This document shows positions 16,352 to 26,197 of a DNA stretch of 64,000 nt, piece after piece (within the stretch, counting starts at the first letter, position 1; every line of letters starts with the position of its first letter). A program made the translations under genes and the position numbers. Source of the stretch: Chloroflexota bacterium (lineage in GTDB: Bacteria > Chloroflexota > Limnocylindria > Limnocylindrales > CSP1-4); the NCBI GenBank assembly GCA_015478725.1, contig JADMIG010000008.1, positions 1,174-65,173 on the forward strand, written 5' to 3'. Below the pieces are notes generated by a model. The model did no database searches, was not told the origin of the DNA, and worked only from the letters and a program-made list of their open reading frames with translations.

Positions 16352-17425
16352 ATGTCAAGCACCATCCTGCGAGCATGCCTCGTGGCCGTGCTCGTGCTGG
16401 GTTGCAGCAATCCGGTGCGAGCCACCTCGCCGCCGACGTCAGCGATCACGCCGAACCCCTCGCCCGTGGCACACATCGAGGCGTACGCGGTCGCCTACGA
16501 TGCTGTCGGACCAACACTGGTGACGCTGCTCGCCGATGGGTCGATCGGGGAGCGGCGCAGACTCGGCTACGATCCGGTTGTCGCCGTCACACCGGAAGGG
16601 ATCTTCGTCGCCGCCCTGGATCCGCAGAATCCGCGCTCGGACAGCGCCGGTGGCCGCCTCAGCATGCTCCCGTTCATCGGACCCGATCCCGCATGGACGA
16701 TCGGGTCTGCCCCTTCCCCCGTGGCCGTGGACGGGCCGGTGGCCAGATGGGCCGCGACATCATTCGCGGGATCCGTGTGGTACGAGAGCTCGATATTGGA
16801 CGGATCGTTCTACAAGGACTCGCTGGTGAGCGTCGATCCGGCGAGCAGGCGCATCGCAACGATCGCCCTCGATGGCTGCGGAGTCGGCCAGCTCCTTGCC
16901 TTCGAGCAGGTCCACGCGATGGCGCTCGTCTGTGCCGCGCCGGGGCGGGCGTGGATCATTGCCGGAGGCCAGCTCGGAGGTTCGCTGCCGCTCGGCGCGT
17001 ACGACATCGTCGCCGCTGCGTCGACCGGCAGGACGGCGTTTGTGACGGCGAGCCAGCTCGGCCTCATTGACGTGCACGATCTTGAACAGCGCGTCACCCG
17101 AGTCTGGGACTTCAGCCCCCTCCGCGCGGTGCGAGACCAGCTGCAGGTGGCGGGAGGTCAGGCGGCCGTCGGACTCGAGTCGGCAGCAGACGTCTCAGCG
17201 GGCGGGTTCACGCGCGTCGGTATCGTCACCCTCGCGACGGCGTCGGCTGTGCAGTTCGGGCTCGACCGCCCCGCCACCGCGCTCGCGTTGACGCCTGATG
17301 GCATCCTGATCGCGTCGACCGATGGGTGTGTGCGCCTGTACAGCCGAGATGGTCGAGGGAGCACCGCAGCGTGGTGCGGCGTGACGTCGGTCGCGCAACT
17401 GCTCGTACTGCCTCCCGGCCGATGA
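16352..17425 (+). CDS. Putative lipoprotein, beta-propeller-like, unknown function
   Basis: MSSTILRACLVAVLVLGCSNP contains the lipobox LVLGC. TPEGIFVAALD and TPDGILIASTDG repeats are present. It is the C-terminal part of track ORF 14981..17425. Confidence 0.6.
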   Translation: MSSTILRACLVAVLVLGCSNPVRATSPPTSAITPNPSPVAHIEAYAVAYDAVGPTLVTLLADGSIGERRRLGYDPVVAVTPEGIFVAALDPQNPRSDSAGGRLSMLPFIGPDPAWTIGSAPSPVAVDGPVARWAATSFAGSVWYESSILDGSFYKDSLVSVDPASRRIATIALDGCGVGQLLAFEQVHAMALVCAAPGRAWIIAGGQLGGSLPLGAYDIVAAASTGRTAFVTASQLGLIDVHDLEQRVTRVWDFSPLRAVRDQLQVAGGQAAVGLESAADVSAGGFTRVGIVTLATASAVQFGLDRPATALALTPDGILIASTDGCVRLYSRDGRGSTAAWCGVTSVAQLLVLPPGR

Positions 17426-17501
17426 GGCGACGCCCACGCCAGCCGGATGGACCTACTTTTCACCGAACCAGTCGACACGGCCGGTGTAGACAACCATGGT
17501 A

Positions 17502-17518
17502 TAGTCACTGAGTGACTA
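17502..17518. promoter_or_regulatory. Palindromic operator candidate upstream of padR
   Basis: TAGTCAC-tga-GTGACTA has 7-bp arms and overlaps a TATAGT -10-like hexamer. It lies 72 nt upstream of the PadR GTG start. Confidence 0.5.
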
Positions 17519-17589
17519 CCGGCTGGAATGGTGTGATGCCGACTCCTATGGTCTCGCTGACTGCCGCTCTCCCTGTCTCCTGAACGCCC

Positions 17590-18135
17590 GTGGGACTCTC
17601 CGGCGCGCTCACCGCGCTCCTGCTCCCGGGCTCGAGCCACGGCTATGAGCTCCACGCGACCCTGGAAGCCGAACTCGGATCGACCTGGGTGACGCGCCCG
17701 GCACAGGTGTACCTGACGCTCGGGCGCATGGGCCGCGACGGCCTCGTGACGAGCCAGCGGATCCACCAAGAGACGCGGCCTGACCGGCAACGCCTCACCC
17801 TCACCGAGGCAGGACGGCGCGCGGCCGAGGATTGGCTCGCCAGTGGGCCCGCCGACGAACTGGTCGTCCGCCTCGCCGTGGCGCGCCTGGTCATCCCCGA
17901 GCGCCTGCCCGCGCTCGTCGCCGCGATGATCGACGAACGGACGACGGCACTCCACCGGCTCCGCGCAGCCCGCGCGGAAGACGAAGGAGGGTTCCGGGCG
18001 GAGGCCCGCGATGCCGAGATCGGCGCGGTCCAGGCGCAGCTGCGCTGGCTCGACGGGCTGCGTGACCATCTCGACGAGCTCCTCGCCCGACCACGCAGGA
18101 GGCCGCAGGATGACCGCGCCGCTGCGTCTGCCTGA
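17590..18135 (+). CDS. PadR-family transcriptional regulator
   Basis: LLLPGSSHGYELHATLEAELGSTWVTRPAQVYLTLGRMGRDGLVTSQ is a winged HTH of PadR type. The C-terminus is a coiled coil. Confidence 0.85.
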   Translation: MGLSGALTALLLPGSSHGYELHATLEAELGSTWVTRPAQVYLTLGRMGRDGLVTSQRIHQETRPDRQRLTLTEAGRRAAEDWLASGPADELVVRLAVARLVIPERLPALVAAMIDERTTALHRLRAARAEDEGGFRAEARDAEIGAVQAQLRWLDGLRDHLDELLARPRRRPQDDRAAASA

Positions 18136-18862
18136 GCGGCATCCGGCCGTCGCCCTGGCCGGCGTCGCACGCACCTACGCCAGCGGTGCCGACGTCGTGC
18201 GCGCCCTCGAGGGGGTCGACCTGCGCGTCGCGCGGGGCGAGGCGGTCGCGATCACCGGGCCGTCGGGTTCGGGGAAGACCACGCTCCTCAACCTCGTGGC
18301 CGGACTCGATCGGCCGACCGCCGGCACGATCACTGTGTTCGGGACGCGCATCGAGGACGCCTCGGAGCGCGAGCTGGCGGAGTTCCGCGCCCATCATGTG
18401 GGCCTTGTCTTCCAGGACCCGCACCTGCTCTCCGGGCTCACCGCGCTCGAGAACCTGGTCGCGGCGCGGCTCCCCTGGGGGCGCTGGCGAGACCTGCAGG
18501 ACGAGGCCCGTGCGCTCTTGACTGAACTCGGGCTGGCCGACCGGCTCGATGCGCCGCCCTCGCGCCTGTCCGGCGGCGAGCGCCAGCGCGTCGGCCTCGC
18601 CCGCGCGCTGATGGGGAGCCCGGAGCTGCTCCTCGCCGACGAGCCGACCGGCAACCTCGACGCCGCCACGACCGAGGGGCTCATCGGCATGCTCGAAGCC
18701 GTGCGCCACGAGCACGACCTCACCATCGTGCTGGCCACCCACGACCCGGCGGTGGCGGCGTTCGCCGACCGGGTCGTGCACCTCGTGGGCGGGCGGGTCG
18801 ACGGGGAGCGCCGCCTCGATCGCGCAGGTCCGCTCGAAGCGCGGGCGCTCGAAGACCGATGA
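18110..18862 (+). CDS. ABC transporter ATP-binding protein (MacB/LolD-like)
   Basis: GPSGSGKTTLLNLVAGLDRPT is Walker A. LSGGERQRVGLARAL is the signature motif. LLLADEPTGNLD is Walker B. An AGGAGG SD precedes ATG 18110. Confidence 0.92.
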   Translation: MTAPLRLPERHPAVALAGVARTYASGADVVRALEGVDLRVARGEAVAITGPSGSGKTTLLNLVAGLDRPTAGTITVFGTRIEDASERELAEFRAHHVGLVFQDPHLLSGLTALENLVAARLPWGRWRDLQDEARALLTELGLADRLDAPPSRLSGGERQRVGLARALMGSPELLLADEPTGNLDAATTEGLIGMLEAVRHEHDLTIVLATHDPAVAAFADRVVHLVGGRVDGERRLDRAGPLEARALEDR

Positions 18863-21510
18863 TCAGGCTCGCGCTCCGAGGCCTGCTCGCCCGGCGCGTG
18901 GCGACGGCGCTCGCTGCCGCTGGGCTGCTCACCGCGGTCTCGGGGTTCCTCGTCCTGGCAGGCGTGTCACGGACGACGCAGGCAGTCCTCTCCGGCGACA
19001 TCGCACGCGCCTGGAACACGCCCTACGACATCCTCGTCCGACCCGCCGGCACGCAGACCGCCCTGGAGCGCAGCGAGGGCCTCGTCCGACCCAACTTCCT
19101 GTCGGGCGTCACGGGCGGGATCACCACCGTCGAGCTGGCCGCGGTCCGGTCCGTGCCGGACGTCGAGGTCGCTGCGCCGATCGCCGTGGTTGGCACCGTC
19201 CAGTGGCCAGCCGGATTCCCGGTCGACCTACGGACCGTGATCGGCCCCGGGCCGATCACGGTCCTGCGCGTGATCGCCACCTCGAGCGGCGAAGCCGGCC
19301 TCTCGCACTACGCGCCCCTTCCGGCCAGCTACCTCGTCGTCGCACCGCAGGGACGGATCGTCCACGAGTCCACGGGCGGCGCCGCGCCCACGAGCGCGAC
19401 GTTCCTCGAGGTCGGCACAACGAACGTCGCCTGCACCCCACCCGTGGCCTGTTACGGGGGCCTGACGCCCGACGCGGCCACCGCGGGCGCCCTCGCCTCC
19501 GGCACACCCGGGATCTTTCTCGGCTGGCCGGAGCCGATCGTGGTGGCCGGCGTCGATCCGGTCGCCGAGGCGCAGCTCGCGCACCTCGATGGCTGCGTGG
19601 TCGCCGGCCGCTATCTGCGCGCCTCGGACACGCCGACCACGATCCAGGTGCAAACCGGACCGCAGCCGGCCATCCCGGTGTTGGTGAGCAGCCGGAGCTT
19701 CATCGACGAGACCGCCCGGATCACCGTGGAGCGGGCAGCGGACCCGTCGGCCGTCCTCGTGGGCGCGGCACCGGGCAGCCTCGGCGCATGGGCACCGGTC
19801 AGCGAGCAGACAGCCACGGCCAATGACGCGTATCAGGCCTACCTCTCGACCTTGGTACACGGCGACTACTACGACGCCTCACCCCATTGGACGGTGGGCC
19901 CGGTGACCTACCGCGAGGTCGGACCCGATCACCTCGCCGCTGAGCTCCAGCCGGCCGATCCCCGCGTCTACGAGAGCCAGACCACGGTCCGCGGCGGTGC
20001 GAGGCCAGCCAGCCTCGCGCCCGTGGAGGCGTCCGATGTCTGGTTCCGTTCGATCGCGCGCCGGGACCAGATCCCCCGCGCCGAGCTCTTCTCGCGCTGG
20101 CAGCCCGTGGGCCAGTACAACCCCGACTGCCTGCCGGGCTTCGATCCGCTCGCCGGCGGCCGTCTCGAAGCGTACGGGCTGCCCGCCGTCCGCCTCGCTG
20201 ACGGCCAGGCCCTCGGACCGACTCGCTCGCTCGCCTCCTACGTCAACAGTCCGCCGCTCGTGCTGACGACGCTCTCAGGCGCGGCCTGGCTGTCGGATCC
20301 GGCGCGCTTCGTCGGTGCCCCAGGTGCCGCCTTCATCAGCGCGATCCGCGTCAAGGTCGCGGGCGTCGACACGCCCGGTTCGGCGGCCGAGGCAAAGCTC
20401 GCGGCGGTGGCCGCGGCGATCCACGATGCGACCGGGCTGCAGGTCGACATCGTCAAGGGCTCCTCTCCGCGGACCGTCCTTGTCGACCTGCCGGCAGGTC
20501 ACTTCGGGCGACCAGCTCTCACCGTGAGCGAGGGCTGGTCGGACAAGGGCGTGGCGGTCGGGTTCGTGGAGGCCGTCTCGGCCGAGGACCTCGCCCTCTT
20601 CGCGCTCGTGCTGCTGGGCGCGGTCCTCTTGGTGGCCGACACGGCGTACGTGGCCGCGCTCGGGCGGGGGCCCGAGCTGGCCATCCTGCGAGCGATCGGC
20701 TGGTCGGGGGCGCGGATCGCCTGGCTCGTCGAGGCCGAGATGCTCGTGCTCGGGCTCGCGGTCGGCCTCCTGGCGATGCTGGTGACGCTCGCGCTCCTGC
20801 CGCTCGGGCTGGTGCTGGCGCCCTGGCAGCTCCTCGGGGCGCTCCCGCTCTCGCTCGCCGTGGCGGGGATCGCCGGTCTCGTGCCGGCGCTCCTCATGCT
20901 GCGGGGCCGGCCGATCGGGCATCTGGCCGGTCTCGAGCCCGCGCGTCGCAGCCGGCCCATCCGCTGGCTCAGCTGGCTCGCCGTGTCGGATCTCCTCGGG
21001 CCGCGGCGGGTCGAGACCGCGCTGGGGGTGCTGGCGGTCGGGCTCGGCGCGCTGCTCGTCGGCTCAGTGACGCTCGTCGCGCTCGCCTTCAACGGCCGCC
21101 TCGACACGACCGTGCTCGGGGTCTACCTGACGGCCCAGGTGCGGCCCTTCCACCTGGTGATCGCGGGCCTCACTCTCGGGGTCGGCGCGCTCGCCGCGGG
21201 CGAGATCGTGAGCCTGGGGTACCTGCGCCGGGAGGCCGCCTTCGCCACTCTGCGGGCGATCGGTTGGTCGCCCCGCCTGATCATCCGCTTCCTGGTCGTC
21301 CAAGCCCTGACCATCGGCCTGCTCGGCGGCCTGGTGGGCGCGGGTGTCACATTCGTCGTGGCGCGGGTCCTGGAGGCCGCGGCGGGACCGACTGCGTTCG
21401 GCGTCGCCACCGCGATCGGCGCGGCGCTGGTGGCCACGCTGGCGGCCGCGGCGGGCCCGGCGGTGCTCGTCCGACGTGCTGTGCCGGCCGCGATCCTGCG
21501 GGGGGAGTGA
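18859..21510 (+). CDS. FtsX-like ABC transporter permease (large, two FtsX domains)
   Basis: The protein is 883 aa. It has an N-terminal TM, a long periplasmic domain, and two clusters of TM helices (LRAIGWSGARIAWLV and LRAIGWSPRLIIRFLV). An ATGA overlap couples it to the ATPase. Confidence 0.88.
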   Translation: MIRLALRGLLARRVATALAAAGLLTAVSGFLVLAGVSRTTQAVLSGDIARAWNTPYDILVRPAGTQTALERSEGLVRPNFLSGVTGGITTVELAAVRSVPDVEVAAPIAVVGTVQWPAGFPVDLRTVIGPGPITVLRVIATSSGEAGLSHYAPLPASYLVVAPQGRIVHESTGGAAPTSATFLEVGTTNVACTPPVACYGGLTPDAATAGALASGTPGIFLGWPEPIVVAGVDPVAEAQLAHLDGCVVAGRYLRASDTPTTIQVQTGPQPAIPVLVSSRSFIDETARITVERAADPSAVLVGAAPGSLGAWAPVSEQTATANDAYQAYLSTLVHGDYYDASPHWTVGPVTYREVGPDHLAAELQPADPRVYESQTTVRGGARPASLAPVEASDVWFRSIARRDQIPRAELFSRWQPVGQYNPDCLPGFDPLAGGRLEAYGLPAVRLADGQALGPTRSLASYVNSPPLVLTTLSGAAWLSDPARFVGAPGAAFISAIRVKVAGVDTPGSAAEAKLAAVAAAIHDATGLQVDIVKGSSPRTVLVDLPAGHFGRPALTVSEGWSDKGVAVGFVEAVSAEDLALFALVLLGAVLLVADTAYVAALGRGPELAILRAIGWSGARIAWLVEAEMLVLGLAVGLLAMLVTLALLPLGLVLAPWQLLGALPLSLAVAGIAGLVPALLMLRGRPIGHLAGLEPARRSRPIRWLSWLAVSDLLGPRRVETALGVLAVGLGALLVGSVTLVALAFNGRLDTTVLGVYLTAQVRPFHLVIAGLTLGVGALAAGEIVSLGYLRREAAFATLRAIGWSPRLIIRFLVVQALTIGLLGGLVGAGVTFVVARVLEAAAGPTAFGVATAIGAALVATLAAAAGPAVLVRRAVPAAILRGE

Positions 21511-21575
21511 CCGAAAGGCCTCGGGCGGGGTCGCGGACTGACAGCACCGGCGCACCGTGCGCGAGCCATGCGTAC

Positions 21576-21601
21576 CCGGAAGGACTTGCCCCTCCTTCCG
21601 G
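21576..21601 (+). terminator. Hairpin downstream of the FtsX permease (terminator-like, no U tract)
   Basis: CCGGAAGGA-cttgcccc-TCCTTCCGG is a 9-bp stem, 66 nt after the stop. Confidence 0.4.
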
Positions 21602-21849
21602 AGCGGCCAATCTGACCGCGTCGATCGAGCACCGGTCGAGCCGTCTCACCGGACCCCCGATGGCGGGTGGGCGCGACAGGCTACTTCCCCGGGTCCGGCC
21701 GTGCCGGTTGCGCATGTGGGGCATGCCCTGACCTCATCGGGGTGACGAGCGAGTCCACCGGCGGCGCTCCGGTCGCCTGGCGGCGCAGCTCCGGGGGCGG
21801 ATACTCCCCGCACCAAAGACTGAACCTTCGGTGGTCCGTGCGGTCCTCT

Positions 21850-22452
21850 ATGACAGTGCCCGAGAACAGCAGTCAGCGCGGACTCGTCGAGCGCGCGCAG
21901 CACGGCGACGGCGAGGCGTTCGCCCGGCTCGTGTCGAACCATCTCGACGCCTCGTGGCGGTTTGTCCGGGCGATCGGAGGCGACCGTGTCGACCCCGACG
22001 ATGTCGTGCAGGAGGGGTTCGTGATGGTCTGGCGTGATCTCCCGCGACTCCGCAACGCGGACGCGTTCGAGCCATGGCTCCGGGCGGTCCTCGTCCATGC
22101 GACCCGCCATGCCCTCCGCCGTGACGGTGGGGTCCGCCTCATCAGGATCACCGGGGACTCCTCGTCGGACGCGATGGACCGCAGCGCCGCCATCCGCGCG
22201 GACAGTCTGGTCGATCCGCACCTCGAGCCGGGCGCCTCGCTGGCGAACCGCGATGCGGTCGCGCACGCCTTCGGCCGACTCTCGGTCGATCAGCGGACCA
22301 TCCTCGCCCTGCACTACCTCGAGGGCCATCCGCTGGAGTGGATCGCGCAGGTGATCCGATGCCCGCTTGGCACGGTCAAGTCGCGCCTGTCCGGTGCCCG
22401 CTCCGCCCTGCGGGCGGCGCTCAGCGCCGAGGATCGGCCCGCCGATGACTGA
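21850..22452 (+). CDS. ECF-type RNA polymerase sigma-70 factor
   Basis: LVERAQHGDGEAFARLV...DPDDVVQEGFVMVWRDLPRLR...QRTILALHYLEGHPLEWIAQVIRCPLGTVKSRLSGARSALR. It uses an in-frame internal start of track ORF 21667..22452. Confidence 0.88.
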   Translation: MTVPENSSQRGLVERAQHGDGEAFARLVSNHLDASWRFVRAIGGDRVDPDDVVQEGFVMVWRDLPRLRNADAFEPWLRAVLVHATRHALRRDGGVRLIRITGDSSSDAMDRSAAIRADSLVDPHLEPGASLANRDAVAHAFGRLSVDQRTILALHYLEGHPLEWIAQVIRCPLGTVKSRLSGARSALRAALSAEDRPADD

Positions 22453-23629
22453 CATGCTGCCCGACCACGACCCGCGAGACGGACTCGACGATGGCCTTCG
22501 GGAGCTGCTCGCCGCCCGCGCTCTCGGCTCCCCCGGCGCTGGCCTCGAGGCGCGCATCCTCGCGCGGGTGGGCGAGACCCGGCAACGGCGCCGGCGCGCC
22601 TTCATCCCTGAGCGGTGGTCCGGCGCGTGGCCAGCGACGTCCGGGTCCACCCGTGCCGTTGCCCTCGGATCGATCGGCCTCGCTGCGGTCGTCGTCAGCG
22701 CGCTCATTGGGACCGCGCTGCTCAGAGCGCCCGCGGCGACCGAAGCACCCGGTGCAATCGGGCCCTCGGGTGCGGCCTCACCTGCCCCGACCGACGTTCC
22801 GGCGAGCGTCCCGCCTCACGTCGGCGGCACCTGCCCGCTCACGCCCATCACCCGCCTCGCCGGTGGCTCGGCACCGGAGGTCGATGTGAGCGGTCTCCGC
22901 TGGCGATGGGGTGGCGTACCGTGGATCGCCGGGGTCGATGAGAAGGTCGTCTGGCTTGACGATGCCGGAATGATGCCCGAGCCCGGCGTCTCGGTGTTCG
23001 CGATCCAGCTCGACCTGCCGATCCTCGTCGACGGCCGTCCGCTGACATTCGCTGGGGCCGCGGGCGGAGCCATCTACGCCGCCACCACCGACGCCCAGTG
23101 GGCCGCGCAGATCCGGCTGCCGCGTCCAGGGTGCTGGCTCCTCACTGCCGTCTGGTCCGCGGGAGCGAGCAGCGTCGTCGTTGCGGCGGCACCACCTCCC
23201 GCAACGGCCAGTCCGGCGCCATCCACTCCCGGTTCGGTGTCGAGCACGCCGCTCGCCACCTGCCCGGCGACGCGGCGACCGACGGCCCCCCCACCGTCAG
23301 GGTGGCCAGGGCCGGCGATCGTCGATGGCCCCTTCCGATGGCTCCTCCCACCGAGTGCGACCTGGCGGATCGGAGGCGACGGCGACAAGCTCGTCCTCGA
23401 CTCGCAGATCGGCTGGGACATCGGCGACATGCGGATCATGGCCATTCCCCTGGCGCGAGCGGCCGCCGTCGGCTGGCTCCGGGCGACGGCCGTCGGCGGC
23501 GACATCCCCCCGGGCTTCGGTGGCGGCACGATGGGCTTCGGGGTCACGCTCCCGGCGCGCGATTGCTGGGCGTTCGTCTACCTCGCCCCGCACGCCACCT
23601 CGACGATCGTCGCCGACCTGCGCCCGTAG
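22445..23629 (+). CDS. Putative anti-sigma factor / membrane-anchored protein with unknown extracytoplasmic domain
   Basis: It overlaps the sigma stop (ATGACTGA). A single TM is AVALGSIGLAAVVVSALIGTALL, followed by a Pro/Ala-rich linker. Confidence 0.65.
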   Translation: MTDMLPDHDPRDGLDDGLRELLAARALGSPGAGLEARILARVGETRQRRRRAFIPERWSGAWPATSGSTRAVALGSIGLAAVVVSALIGTALLRAPAATEAPGAIGPSGAASPAPTDVPASVPPHVGGTCPLTPITRLAGGSAPEVDVSGLRWRWGGVPWIAGVDEKVVWLDDAGMMPEPGVSVFAIQLDLPILVDGRPLTFAGAAGGAIYAATTDAQWAAQIRLPRPGCWLLTAVWSAGASSVVVAAAPPPATASPAPSTPGSVSSTPLATCPATRRPTAPPPSGWPGPAIVDGPFRWLLPPSATWRIGGDGDKLVLDSQIGWDIGDMRIMAIPLARAAAVGWLRATAVGGDIPPGFGGGTMGFGVTLPARDCWAFVYLAPHATSTIVADLRP

Positions 23630-23913
23630 CGTCGACGAGGAGGCGCCCCAACGTCCGATCAGGCGACCACCGATCGACCGCCGGTCGACCGCCACCCTCG
23701 CTTGTTATCTCGGCCTCAAGCCCATTCAGCCCCGACCAGATACTCTATCGGCGGCTGCGGTCCGCCAGCACCAATGAGCAGCGAACCCTTCCCGCCGGGC
23801 GGTTCGCGGTCTGTCGGGCGCGGACCACCAACATCCCCGGCCTGCGCTCGGTCAGACTCGGCCTCGAGGCGGCACCACCGTTGGACGATCCGGCGATCTC
23901 CCCACCCTCCGAC

Positions 23914-25266
23914 GTGACGAACCACCAGGCTCGGGCGCAGGCCCGGCTGGCGGGTCGCGCGCTGCGCCGGCAGGTCGCGCGATCGGCGCACGCCGCCTGG
24001 ATCCCGCCGGCCGACCGGCCGGACCCGATCTCGCTGCTCGAGACACAGGCCCGGGCTCGCCTTCCGGAGCTGGCCCCGATCCGCTACGGCCGGATGATCG
24101 CCTCCCCGTTCGGATTCCTCCGCGGATCGGCCATCGTGATGGCCGCCGATCTGGCGCACTCACCGGCGACGGGTCTCACCACCCAGATCTGCGGCGACGC
24201 CCATCTCTCGAACTTCGGGATGTTCGCCTCGCCGGAGCGGAACCTCGTCTTCGACGTCAACGACTTCGACGAGACCCTCTGCGGACCCTGGGAATGGGAC
24301 GTCAAGCGTCTGGCGGCAAGCGGCGTCGTGGCGGCCAGGACCGTCGGTCTCTCCGGGCGCGACGCCCGGGAGGTCGCGGAGGCCGCCGTGCGGTCCTATC
24401 GGGAGCGCATGCGCGCGCTCGCGGACCTCACGACCCTGGCCGTGTGGTACCGGCGCATCGACGCCGCGGAGATCGCCGCCGACCGGCGCAGCGGAAGACT
24501 CCTCGAGGGATTCCTCGGGGCAGCCCGGCGGCACCACGACGAGAACGCTCGCTCGCGCCTCCTCACGCAGACGAACGGACAGCTGCAGTTCGTCGAGGAC
24601 CTGCCGCTCATCACCCGCGAGCCGGCGGCAAGCGAACAGTTCGAGGCGATCCACGAGATGTTCGCGTCGTACGCGAACCGCCTTCGGTACGACTGGCGCG
24701 TCCTGCTCGACCGCTACGAGGTCGTCGACGTGGCACGTCAGGTCGTGGGCGTCGGCAGCGTCGGCACACGCACGTTCGTGGCCCTCCTGGTCGCGAACCG
24801 CAGCACCGTCGATCCGCTCATCCTGCAGCTCAAGGAGGCAGACGCGTCGGTGCTCGAGCCCCACCTCGGGAGGAGCCCGTTCCGATCCCACGCCGAGCGC
24901 GTCGTGAACGGCCAGCGCGTGATGCAGTCGGTGAGCGATGTCTTCCTCGGCTGGAGTCGCAGCCCGCTCACCGGCGTGGATTACTACTGGCGGCAGCTCT
25001 GGGATTGGAAAGGCTCGGCGGCGATCGAAACGATGAACCCGGAGGAGCTCACCTTCTACGCCAGCCTGTGCGGGCAGGCGCTGGCCCTGGCTCACGCTCG
25101 CGGCGGCGATCGGCTCGCCATCGCTGGCTACCTCGGCACGTCCGACCGATTCGACCGCGCGATCACGGACTTCGCCGAAGCGTACGCTGAGCAGGTGGAG
25201 CGCGATCACGCAGCACTCCTCACGGCCGTGAGGCAGGGACGGATCAGAGCCGATCCCGGGATCTGA
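23914..25266 (+). CDS. DUF2252-family protein
   Basis: PIRYGRMIASPFGFLRGSAIVMAADLA...GDAHLSNFG...VFDVNDFDET...WEWDVKRLAAS match the family as I recall it. The start is uncertain: GTG 23914 or TTG 23881, both in frame with track ORF 23098..25266. Confidence 0.75.
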   Translation: MTNHQARAQARLAGRALRRQVARSAHAAWIPPADRPDPISLLETQARARLPELAPIRYGRMIASPFGFLRGSAIVMAADLAHSPATGLTTQICGDAHLSNFGMFASPERNLVFDVNDFDETLCGPWEWDVKRLAASGVVAARTVGLSGRDAREVAEAAVRSYRERMRALADLTTLAVWYRRIDAAEIAADRRSGRLLEGFLGAARRHHDENARSRLLTQTNGQLQFVEDLPLITREPAASEQFEAIHEMFASYANRLRYDWRVLLDRYEVVDVARQVVGVGSVGTRTFVALLVANRSTVDPLILQLKEADASVLEPHLGRSPFRSHAERVVNGQRVMQSVSDVFLGWSRSPLTGVDYYWRQLWDWKGSAAIETMNPEELTFYASLCGQALALAHARGGDRLAIAGYLGTSDRFDRAITDFAEAYAEQVERDHAALLTAVRQGRIRADPGI

Positions 25267-25336
25267 GCAGCTTCCGGGCCCGCGGCCGACGCTCGCGCGA
25301 CGCGGACCCGCGCGTACCACCGATGGAGGAGCACGG

Positions 25337-26197
25337 ATGAGCCGCCAGGCGTCGTCGATCGAGGAGGGCCGCTTCGATTTCACGGACGCGCAGTTCGAGT
25401 GGCGGCGCCTGTTTTCAGAGGCGCTCGGGACCTTCTTCCTGGTCCTGGTCGCCGTGGGCGGCGGGATGGTCAATGCCAGGTTCGGCGGCGGTGTGCTGTC
25501 CCTGACCGCCCAGGTCACCGCGCCGGGTCTGATGGTCGGGGCGATCATCCTGTTCATGGGCGCGGTCTCCGGGGCGCACCTCAATCCGGGCGTCAGCATC
25601 GCCTTCGCCCTCCGCGGCGACTTCCCGTGGCGTCGCGTGCCCGGGTACATCGTGGCCCAGTTCGTCGGCGCCATCCTCGCCACCCTGCTCCTCATGGTCT
25701 TGCTCGGCCGGCAGGGTGCCGCCGGCCTCACCCTGCCCGGCCCCGGCATCAGCGACATGACGGCGGTGGTGTGGGAGGTCATCCTCAGCGTTGGCCTGGT
25801 CAGCACGATCCTCGGCACGTCCTCGGGGGCCCAGAACATCGGCCCCATGAACGCCATCGGCGTGGCGAGCTACGTCATCCTCGCCGGCCTCTTCGGCGCA
25901 CCCGTCAGCGGCGCCTCGATGAACGTGGCCCGCTCACTCGGCCCGGCGCTCGTGCTCGGGGACACGACCGCGTGGTGGGTCTATCTCGTCGGACCGCTCG
26001 TCGGCGCCGTCATCGCGGCCGGCATCGCGTACATCCTCCGCGGTCCCGGTGGCGGGTTCTACGGCACCAAGGCGGCGGAGGGCACGCTCGGCTGGCTGTG
26101 GCGGCCCGGGCCGATCGAGACCACGGTCCCCGGCACGCCGGAGGAAGCCATCGCCCAGGGTGATGCGACGTCGCCCGACCGTTCACGGCGAGGCTGA
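25337..26197 (+). CDS. MIP/aquaporin-family channel with non-canonical NPA boxes (NPG / NVA)
   Basis: The pattern fits six TM helices. SGAHLNPGVSIAF and SGASMNVARSLGPA sit at the two NPA positions. Confidence 0.85.
   Translation: MSRQASSIEEGRFDFTDAQFEWRRLFSEALGTFFLVLVAVGGGMVNARFGGGVLSLTAQVTAPGLMVGAIILFMGAVSGAHLNPGVSIAFALRGDFPWRRVPGYIVAQFVGAILATLLLMVLLGRQGAAGLTLPGPGISDMTAVVWEVILSVGLVSTILGTSSGAQNIGPMNAIGVASYVILAGLFGAPVSGASMNVARSLGPALVLGDTTAWWVYLVGPLVGAVIAAGIAYILRGPGGGFYGTKAAEGTLGWLWRPGPIETTVPGTPEEAIAQGDATSPDRSRRG

Noticed and set aside
24160-25857. 565-aa minus-strand ORF overlapping the DUF2252 and MIP genes
   Set aside because: It is antisense to two genes with clear family motifs and has Arg/Pro-rich composition.
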